Below, one piece after another: positions 34,866-42,294 of a DNA stretch of 64,000 nt. The stretch spans positions 32,001-96,000 of the IMG/VR virus record IMGVR_UViG_2830161386_000001, one strand, 5' to 3'. A model generated the notes under the pieces. That model saw only the letters and a program-made list of their open reading frames with translations. It was not told where the DNA came from and did not search any database. Source of the stretch: a virus (taxonomy: Duplodnaviria; Caudoviricetes). Every line of letters begins with the position of its first letter. Position 1 is the stretch's first letter. A program made the position numbers and the translations under genes.

Positions 34866-37313
34866 TTACGCCCGAACGTAGGCGCTGAGGTTGATGCCGT
34901 TGGAATCGGTGAGGGTGATTTCGGGGGCGTCGGGGGTGGTTATAGTGTTGAGGGTGGATTCTGTGAGGGTACGAGGAACATAAAAGAGCTTCACTAGCTC
35001 ATAAGAGCTTGATCCGCCTGTAAGCCGTATATTTCCCTTCTTTACAAATGCGTCACTTACAGATGCGGTACTGCTTTTGCCATTAGATGAAAGTATAACA
35101 GAGCTTTCATCAAATGAAATTCCAAAAAGCTCTCTTTGAAATGGTCTAATATTATCAAGGGGATAATCTGGCGTTCCACTTTCGCCACTGTCATAAACTC
35201 GGGGATCGTGCGACTGTCCAAAATCTAAGTATCTGGTTCCGTTTGAACTATTTTCTATAAAAGAATCATTGTCTAATGTGATGAATTGCGTCATCACAAC
35301 ATCAAACAAAAGCGTACCTTCGCTTGTATTCCACCAATCCCCCATAGGAATCGAGTAGTCATCCCACGCCCGTGTCACAGATGATGCGTCGGTTATTATA
35401 GGACTCCCGCCCGGTGGGCCTTCGCTGAACCCTGTATAGTGATGAATGCACCCGTTCCCGGCTCCATCGGCATCGGGCCAAATCTCCAAGTCCAACTGAG
35501 CGCCATCCACGTTAAAAGACTCGTTCCCGTCCCACCAGGCGAAAATCTCCACTAGAGTGCCCCCGTTGGGACCGTCAGCAGAAAGAATACGAGACTCCAG
35601 CTGACCTGACGGAATAACGCCGTTTGAGAGATCGTAGCTCCCCCAATCATATTTTAGAATGTCTGACGTATTTCCATCCGTCTCAACTCTGATAAGTGAC
35701 GCACTCGCAGGAGACGAAGATTTTTCAAGGATAAAATGAGCATGCTCAAGCCCTCCTGAGTGTTGCTGGAAGTTCCATTCCGGCCCCTCCGCATCATCCG
35801 TTGCCTCAATCAAATGAGCCGTCTCCCCCTTAACGATTGACGTTCTATCGGCAATGTTGGAAAGCTCCCCTGCTCCATTTTTAACAGATGCATCGCAGCT
35901 TTGGCTAACTTGGTTCGTTTTCCCGTCCGCCTCCACCTGAAGCCCATTCGGATTTCCGTCCGGCCCGTAGTCCAACCGAGCAACATCCGCCCCCTCGCTC
36001 ACGAACTTGCTTCCGTCAAACCGCCGCGCACTTGAGGAGCGGTTCCACGCGCTTCGGATTTTGGCGGGGATCGTGCCGTGCTTCGCGATGTCCCACTGGT
36101 AGGGCGGCGGGTCAATTCCGTTGTCGTCCCACAGCTGGTCGGAATTGAGGTCCGAGATGGTCTCCCCGTCGAGTTCGAGCCACGGCTGGGGGCGGCCGTT
36201 TCTCAGGCTCTCTTTCTCCGATTGCGTGCGCTCGCCTTCCCACACGTCAAGGTTGTAGATGCGGTAGATTGCGCCCTCGCCAGTAGTGTCTTTGTGGGGT
36301 TTGATGACGAAGGTGTCCACATCCGACGTGGTGGAGTTCCCCTGGATGTCCGAGTCGGAGGTATTGATGACCTCGTCGATGATGCCATCCGCGCTTACGC
36401 CCATCACGCCCGCAGACGGTCGCAAAAGCCCATTCCCGGCGCTTCCTTCGTTGCCGGAGGTGGTGAGGTTGATGGCCGCGTTGGTGATGTTGCCGCCCTC
36501 GCCCGGGCCGTAGCCCGCCGCTTCTTGCCCCACGCGGAAGTAGACGCTCTTTGCGCCGGAGGCGAGGGGGGCGGTTAGGCTAGAGACCTCGTCGTTAGAG
36601 CGGGTGACTGTGGAGGAGCCTGTTACGATTGGCGAGGTGGAGAAAGGGGCTTCTTCGACTTGGGTATGGTGTATTACTACTGAATCATTATTTTCATCTA
36701 TATCTAAAAATACGACCAAATTACGAGAGTTACCGGAACGATCTGTGCCATCTTGGTCAGTTGGATCATAACGTACAACAATTTTTACAAGGTCCTGCCC
36801 ATCAAATGAAAATCTTTGATGGTGTGTTGATAGCTCTGCACCGATACTGTCACTAAACGACTCATCTTCAGCCCACAAATAATCAACCCCTGCAACATTG
36901 CCACCTTGATTTCCGTCTCCCAGACGAAAACGAACATGATTGGCCGTCCCTCTTTCTAATATAGCGTAAGCGACTTCTATATTATTTGTGTAAGTTCCTG
37001 CTGAATCTTGTGTAGCTCTTGCTCCTGGACTATTATTCTGCGCCGTAAACTCATACGCAGTCTTGTTAGGAATAACAGAGGTTTTCGTGTCAGATTCGAC
37101 AGCGTCAGTCTGAACGACATAATCATTTGACCAAGCACTACTTCGCCCACATTCATTCGTCCGCTGCGGCTCGGCCAAGATGTAGCGGTCCCCCGTCTCC
37201 GGGTCAATCGCTTCGCGGGGTTCTCCGGCTTGGGCCTTGGCATACTTTTCCCCGTCCCAGTAGTAGCCGACGGTGCTTCGGGTCCACTGATCACGAAGTG
37301 CTTGTGGTATCAT
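34866..37313 (-). CDS. Fibre/spike protein with two tandem TRxS...RTN modules
   Basis: TRSTVGYYWDG...EPREAIDPETG..ILAEPQRTN...SPIVT.SSTVTRSND, and a second copy NRSSSARRFDG...ARLDYGPDG..GLQVE..KTN...SPIIT..SSVTRAWD. Confidence 0.8.
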   Translation of the reverse strand: MIPQALRDQWTRSTVGYYWDGEKYAKAQAGEPREAIDPETGDRYILAEPQRTNECGRSSAWSNDYVVQTDAVESDTKTSVIPNKTAYEFTAQNNSPGARATQDSAGTYTNNIEVAYAILERGTANHVRFRLGDGNQGGNVAGVDYLWAEDESFSDSIGAELSTHHQRFSFDGQDLVKIVVRYDPTDQDGTDRSGNSRNLVVFLDIDENNDSVVIHHTQVEEAPFSTSPIVTGSSTVTRSNDEVSSLTAPLASGAKSVYFRVGQEAAGYGPGEGGNITNAAINLTTSGNEGSAGNGLLRPSAGVMGVSADGIIDEVINTSDSDIQGNSTTSDVDTFVIKPHKDTTGEGAIYRIYNLDVWEGERTQSEKESLRNGRPQPWLELDGETISDLNSDQLWDDNGIDPPPYQWDIAKHGTIPAKIRSAWNRSSSARRFDGSKFVSEGADVARLDYGPDGNPNGLQVEADGKTNQVSQSCDASVKNGAGELSNIADRTSIVKGETAHLIEATDDAEGPEWNFQQHSGGLEHAHFILEKSSSPASASLIRVETDGNTSDILKYDWGSYDLSNGVIPSGQLESRILSADGPNGGTLVEIFAWWDGNESFNVDGAQLDLEIWPDADGAGNGCIHHYTGFSEGPPGGSPIITDASSVTRAWDDYSIPMGDWWNTSEGTLLFDVVMTQFITLDNDSFIENSSNGTRYLDFGQSHDPRVYDSGESGTPDYPLDNIRPFQRELFGISFDESSVILSSNGKSSTASVSDAFVKKGNIRLTGGSSSYELVKLFYVPRTLTESTLNTITTPDAPEITLTDSNGINLSAYVRA

Positions 37314-37370
37314 TGTGTGTCGGTCCTAAAATTTGCCCTCTCAGGCGGTTAGCTCAATCGCTTTTTCTCG

Positions 37371-37826
37371 TTACGGCTGGGCGATATCAATATCGTATCC
37401 GGCCCACCCGCTCGTCAGATTGGCGGGGGCTTTTTGGTCTTGGGTATTGTCCCAGATGATCTCGCTCCCGCCAACGGTAAACCCTGTTTTGAGGTTGGCC
37501 ACGTCGATCGTGTCTCCTTCCCCTGTGAACGACACGTAGTCGCTGCTCTGAACGGCCCGAGCAGTGAGCAAGCTCAGCACATACACGTAGCTTGCCTTCT
37601 GGGCGTCATTTGTGATGTTGCCGTCCTCATCGCGCTCGGGAAGCGTGGGGTCGCCGTTCGAATCGACCCAGACGGTTCGCTGGAGGGTGTGGGTGCCAAC
37701 TGGTTGTATTTTTGTGCCGCCCTCCAGGTCGTTTGCCGGGACCTCTTTAGCTAGCCCAGCATCGAGCATGTCCTGTTTGAACGTTTGAAAGTCGGGCGTT
37801 TTCGTAAGGAGAATTTTGGCGTTCAT
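37371..37826 (-). CDS. Hypothetical fibre-associated protein
   Basis: 151 aa, directly upstream of the fibre gene; weak similarity to the C-terminal half of 31862..32557. Confidence 0.65.
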   Translation of the reverse strand: MNAKILLTKTPDFQTFKQDMLDAGLAKEVPANDLEGGTKIQPVGTHTLQRTVWVDSNGDPTLPERDEDGNITNDAQKASYVYVLSLLTARAVQSSDYVSFTGEGDTIDVANLKTGFTVGGSEIIWDNTQDQKAPANLTSGWAGYDIDIAQP

Positions 37827-37828
37827 GG

Positions 37829-38038
37829 TTAGTCGTTTGCGTACCTTTCGTTGTGGATCAGTCGAAAATCGGGAGGGTTGCCCCTTCCGTTTGCATCGGT
37901 TAATCCGATGGCCCTGTAAAGCTCACGGTCTACCAGCTCAGACGGCACTCTTTTGTCTTCCGAGCCCCACGGAATTGGCAAGAACCCGCTATCTACGCGA
38001 GAAGCAATTTGAACAATGGCATCTCTTGTGCTGCTCAT
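37829..38038 (-). CDS. Small protein resembling the inter-module linker of the fibre genes
   Basis: 69 aa that fills the gap exactly; PIPW...LY..IGLTDANG..NPP resembles PEPW...IW..CGLTDQDG..INP in 32599..34845. Confidence 0.6.
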   Translation of the reverse strand: MSSTRDAIVQIASRVDSGFLPIPWGSEDKRVPSELVDRELYRAIGLTDANGRGNPPDFRLIHNERYAND

Positions 38039-38051
38039 TGAGTTTTGTATT

Positions 38052-41000
38052 TTAATTAACGTACGTGTATTCGATGTCGTACTGATAACTTTCGTCTCCT
38101 GCCGACGTTTTTATTCCGACGTCAACCCGCCATTCACGGCCGAGAAGCTCTCCGGCTCGTTTGTTTGAGCTGTCTGACAAAGAGGGGTGCACTTGAAGCG
38201 TCGACAATCCCGATGCGGTAAGCGCCCCGGTTGATATGACGTTTTGAACAACCCCACCGGGCGTTTTTCGCTGAATTCGAGCAGTAAGCTCCGGAGACGT
38301 GCCGCCAATGTTGTTCACATTCACAAAAACCATTACTCCCTTGTACGCTCCAGAGGTTTGTGTGTCTGTTGTGCGCGCAGAGGTCGCATCGGTAATCAGT
38401 ATTCCCTTTTCGTTGACGCTCTGCTGCGCAAGGGCAGACTCATAGATCGCGTCAACAATATCTTGTTGGGTTGCCCCGCCTCGAATACCCGGGTCCGTGG
38501 CCGGCTGGATTTGGGTGCCCTGCGGGTCCTCGATGCCGACCGGAGACTGCTGCTCAGTCGGCACCGTGGCGCCAGAGACGTCGAGCGGCTCGGCGCTCGC
38601 GGCGGCCAGATCCACGTCCAAATTGTCGGACAGGGAGTCCTGGGAGAGCTCGACGCTGACGTTTTGCAGGCTTTGGCTGTTGAGGTCGACGTCGATCTCC
38701 GCCGCGCTCGCGTCGAGCGGATTCGGGGACGTGACCCGGACTTCGTCGGTGCCATTGGAAGCCAGAGCGTCGTCTAGCGCCTCGGCCGCCGCCTTGATCG
38801 CGGTTACTGTCTGCTCGGTGGCGGGGTCGATATTTGCGCCCCCACTTGTCTCAAGTTGAACGGGGCTTTGCTGCTCGGTCGGCACCGTGGCTCCGGACAC
38901 GTCTAAGGCGCCGCTTGTCTGCTCGGCGATATCGACGTCGAGGCCGCTTGTGAGGCTGTCTGCGGCCAGCTCGACGGTTAGGTTCGGGCCGGACTGCCCC
39001 GCGATGTCAACGTCGATGTTACCGCTCAGAAGGTCCGACGCCAGCGCCACGCGCAGCTCGTCGTCGGCCTGCCCGCTTGTCAACGCGTCGACCAGCGCCG
39101 TAACGCGTTCGATTAGCGTGGCGGAAACGCCCGAGTCTGCCTGTTCAGAAGCAGTAGACTCATCACCAATCGCCGCCTCCACGGCGCTTACGTCCCCGGA
39201 GGTCGCCGGATCGATGTTCGTTCCCGAGGAGTCCTCGACCTGCACCGGCGTCTGCTGCTCGACCGCCAGGGTTCCGGCGGACACCTCCGAGAGGTCCACG
39301 TCCAGGTTTGCCCCAAGCGAGTCGTTGGTCAGGGAGACGCTAATTTCCCCGTCTTGGCCCGCCAGGTGCGCCCGGACCGCGTCGCCGGTGCGCCCGACCT
39401 CTCCGTAGGAGGTGCCGTCAGTCGCCTGCAAGACCGTTGCCACCCGCGAGAGCGACTGGGAATTCAGGTTGATGTCCAGCTCCGCCTGGCTTACGTCCAG
39501 GGGCTGGTCTCCGGCGGAAAGAGGGTCGATGGTATTCCCCGCCCCGTCTTCCAGTTTGACTGGGCTTTGCTGCTCGACCTGAAGCGTTCCGTTGGAGTTG
39601 GCCGCAATGTCAACGTCTAAGGCTCCGGCGAGCGAGTCGCTCGATAGGTTGACGTTGACCGACCCGCTCTGCCCGTTTAGGTTCACGTCCAGGTTGCCGG
39701 ACAAGAGGTCGCTCGCCAGGGCCACCCGAATCTCGTCGTCTGCCTGCCCGGACTGCAAGGCGTCGACCAGCGCGGTCACCCGCTGGATCAGCGTGGCCGC
39801 AAGGCTGGAATCGGCCTGTTGGGCGGGGGTGGTTTCGTCTCCGATGGCCGCCTCCACGGCGCTTACGGCCGCTTCGGTCGCCGGGTTGATCGCCGCGCCC
39901 CCGGAGTCTTCAAGCTTAATGGGGCTTTGCTGCTCGGTTGGAACGGTGGCCCCGGACACATCAATCGGCTCGGCGCTTGCCTCCGCGAGGTCTACGTCCA
40001 GGTTTCCAGTAAGAGAGTCTTGCGCCAGGTCGACGCTTAGGTTCGAAAGGCTCTGGCTGTTTAGGTCCACGTCGATCTCCGCCGCGCTCGCGTCTATCGG
40101 CGAGGGGGTGGAGACCTGGAGGGTGTCGGTGCCGTTCGACGCCAGGGCGTCGTCTAGGGCTTCTGCGGCCGTCTTAATCGCAGAAACGGTTTGTTCGGTC
40201 GCCGGGTCGATGTTGGTTCCGGTGCTCGATTCGAGCTGGACCGGCGTCTGCTGCTCGGTTGGGACCGTGGCGCCGGATACGTCCAGCGGCTCGGCGCTCG
40301 CTTCCGCGAGGTCCACGTCGAGATTGGCCGTCAGGCTGTCGCTCGCGAGCTGAACGGCGACTTGGCTGTCCTGCCCGCCGATGTTGACGTCGAGATTGCC
40401 GCTCAAGATGTCTTGGGCGAGGGACACCCGCACCGCGTCGTCCGCCTGGCCGGACGTGAGCGCGTCGGTCAGGGCGGTTACCCGCTCGATCAGGGTCGCC
40501 GCGATGGTGGAGTCCGGCTCTTGGGCGGCGGTGGTCTCGTCTCCGACGGCGCTTTCGAGAGACTGCACGTCGCTTGAGGTCGCGACGTCGGAGTTGTTGT
40601 TCGTGAGGTCGACCCGGAGCTGGTCGTCTGCTTGTCCGGTGGTAAGCGCGTCCGTCAGGGCGGAGAGGCGCTCGATCACCGTCGCTGCGGTGGCAGAATC
40701 CGGGTTTTCGGAGGCCGTTGTGTCGTCTCCGATCGTGGCCTCCAGTGCTGCGATATCCCCGGTCGTGGCGACGTCGGAGTTGTTGTTCGTAAGGTCCACG
40801 CGGATCTGGTCGTCGGCCTGCCCTTCCTGAAGGGCATCGACCAAGGCGGAGAGGCGCTCGATTACGGTCGCGGCCACGGAGGAGTCCGCCTCCTCGGACG
40901 CGGCGCCCTCGCTTCCGACCGCCGAGTCGTTCACCTCCAGCTGCGTCGTGAGGGAGTCCTCAATCAGCTCGACGCGGATCTCGTCGCTGGCCTGCCCGCT

Positions 41001-41414
41001 CGCCAAGGCATCAACCAAAGCAGAGAGGCGCTCGATTGTCGTGGCCGCGACGGAGGAGTCCGCTTCCTGCGAAGAGGTATTTTTGTCCCGCAGCACCGAG
41101 GTCAAGGTGCCGAGGTCCCCGGTCGTGGCCAGGTTCGCGTTGTTGTTGGTGAGGTCGACGCGGATCTGGTCGTCGGCCTGGCCCTCCTGCAAGGCGTCGA
41201 CCAGGGCCGTGAGCCGCTCTAGCACCGTCGCGGCAACCAAAGAGTCCGGCTGCTCCGACGCGGTGGTCTCGTCCCCGATGGCCTGCTCAATGGCAACGGC
41301 CTGATCGACAATGTCCTGAAGCGTCGCCCCTCCGCCCTCGGCGGGGTCGTCGCTGTCGTGAATGACGATGGCCTCGTTTGAGGCGTCGAGGGCATCGACC
41401 TGTTGAACTGACAT
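38052..41414 (-). CDS. Hyperacidic repeat protein (putative long fibre shaft) with C-terminal beta domain
   Basis: 1120 aa; 7 copies of ATxIERxxALxDALxxGQADDxxRV and 6 copies of EQQ[ST]PxxxExxxGxxIxP; lower-GC C-terminal ~140 aa. Confidence 0.85.
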   Translation of the reverse strand: MSVQQVDALDASNEAIVIHDSDDPAEGGGATLQDIVDQAVAIEQAIGDETTASEQPDSLVAATVLERLTALVDALQEGQADDQIRVDLTNNNANLATTGDLGTLTSVLRDKNTSSQEADSSVAATTIERLSALVDALASGQASDEIRVELIEDSLTTQLEVNDSAVGSEGAASEEADSSVAATVIERLSALVDALQEGQADDQIRVDLTNNNSDVATTGDIAALEATIGDDTTASENPDSATAATVIERLSALTDALTTGQADDQLRVDLTNNNSDVATSSDVQSLESAVGDETTAAQEPDSTIAATLIERVTALTDALTSGQADDAVRVSLAQDILSGNLDVNIGGQDSQVAVQLASDSLTANLDVDLAEASAEPLDVSGATVPTEQQTPVQLESSTGTNIDPATEQTVSAIKTAAEALDDALASNGTDTLQVSTPSPIDASAAEIDVDLNSQSLSNLSVDLAQDSLTGNLDVDLAEASAEPIDVSGATVPTEQQSPIKLEDSGGAAINPATEAAVSAVEAAIGDETTPAQQADSSLAATLIQRVTALVDALQSGQADDEIRVALASDLLSGNLDVNLNGQSGSVNVNLSSDSLAGALDVDIAANSNGTLQVEQQSPVKLEDGAGNTIDPLSAGDQPLDVSQAELDINLNSQSLSRVATVLQATDGTSYGEVGRTGDAVRAHLAGQDGEISVSLTNDSLGANLDVDLSEVSAGTLAVEQQTPVQVEDSSGTNIDPATSGDVSAVEAAIGDESTASEQADSGVSATLIERVTALVDALTSGQADDELRVALASDLLSGNIDVDIAGQSGPNLTVELAADSLTSGLDVDIAEQTSGALDVSGATVPTEQQSPVQLETSGGANIDPATEQTVTAIKAAAEALDDALASNGTDEVRVTSPNPLDASAAEIDVDLNSQSLQNVSVELSQDSLSDNLDVDLAAASAEPLDVSGATVPTEQQSPVGIEDPQGTQIQPATDPGIRGGATQQDIVDAIYESALAQQSVNEKGILITDATSARTTDTQTSGAYKGVMVFVNVNNIGGTSPELTARIQRKTPGGVVQNVISTGALTASGLSTLQVHPSLSDSSNKRAGELLGREWRVDVGIKTSAGDESYQYDIEYTYVN

Positions 41415-41415
41415 T

Positions 41416-42168
41416 TTACATAGCGGCTATAGTAGCAGAGTTGCTGCCTGCGCTAAAGCGAAACTGCATCTGCACTCCCAAAAAGCTTCCCGCGCTCAAA
41501 AGCCCCAGAATGTCGTCGCGCCCGCCCCCCTCGCCTTTAAACTCGTTCCAGACGTAGACCTGCTGGACGGTCCCGGCGTAGCTGATTTTGTTCGGCGCGT
41601 TGCCGACGTAGATTGTGCCGGTTCGGGTCCGGTCCCCCGCGTGAGGCGCCGAGGCGAGCGTGTCGTCGACTTGAAGCACAAGTTCGCTTTCGCTGCACGC
41701 CACAAAAATGCGGGCCGAGTCCCCGGAGTGCGGCACCGAAAGCGAGGTGTTGGACTCGTAGAGGTCCGCCCGAATCGACCCGTTTTTCTCGCTGATGCCA
41801 ACCCCATCGACGTGTGCAATGGCGTGCTCGTCCGGCCGCGTGTCGGGGTTGGCACGGAGGCCGATGGTCCGCTCCCGGCTTTTCGGAATCGGGTGCTCGT
41901 AGTATTCCCCGTCGCTGTTGAAGCGGAGGCTCGGGCGCCCGTTTTCAAGCACCAGCCCTCCGTTTCGGACCACGTACGGCTTGTTGTCCCCCATTGACTT
42001 CAGGGCGCGGGTGTTGCCGGAGAGGTCTTGCACCTGATTCACGAGCCCGCTGGCCGACTTGTCCAGCTTGGTGACCCACCGGTAAAGCGCCCCGGACGCG
42101 ATCTCATCGGCCGAAAACAGGCGAATCGCCCCGTCGGTCGAGCGCTCCACCTCCACAATTTCTTTCAT
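41416..42168 (-). CDS. LamG/concanavalin-like virion protein
   Basis: V..VQDLSGNTR.L......P..V.NG.L...NGRPSLRF N-terminus and IYVGN....YAGTVQQVYVWN C-terminus. ATG at 42168 preferred over 42249. Confidence 0.65.
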   Translation of the reverse strand: MKEIVEVERSTDGAIRLFSADEIASGALYRWVTKLDKSASGLVNQVQDLSGNTRALKSMGDNKPYVVRNGGLVLENGRPSLRFNSDGEYYEHPIPKSRERTIGLRANPDTRPDEHAIAHVDGVGISEKNGSIRADLYESNTSLSVPHSGDSARIFVACSESELVLQVDDTLASAPHAGDRTRTGTIYVGNAPNKISYAGTVQQVYVWNEFKGEGGGRDDILGLLSAGSFLGVQMQFRFSAGSNSATIAAM

Positions 42169-42189
42169 AAGCGGGCCGGCTCTTGTCTG

Positions 42190-42205
42190 AGTCCCAGCTG
42201 GGACT
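42190..42205. promoter_or_regulatory. 16-bp palindrome copy 6 (perfect)
   Basis: 21 nt upstream of ATG 42168, just downstream (in transcription direction) of a terminator-like hairpin. Confidence 0.85.
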
Positions 42206-42252
42206 GAGGCCTGTTTGGCCCTCTTTTGCGGTTTCGAATCCGATACCAAACT

Positions 42253-42293
42253 AAAAGGCCCAGCCCGCCTTGTTGTGGAGCGGGCCTTCTGGG
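42253..42293 (-). terminator. Probable intrinsic terminator
   Basis: Minus strand GCCCGCTCCACAACAAGGCGGGC then TGGGCCTTTT after the stop at 42295. Confidence 0.5.
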
Positions 42294-42294
42294 T

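Noticed and set aside
38052-41414. DNA repeats in this region as a CRISPR-like or non-coding array
   Set aside because: The repeats are in frame, diverge at synonymous positions and lie inside one ORF.
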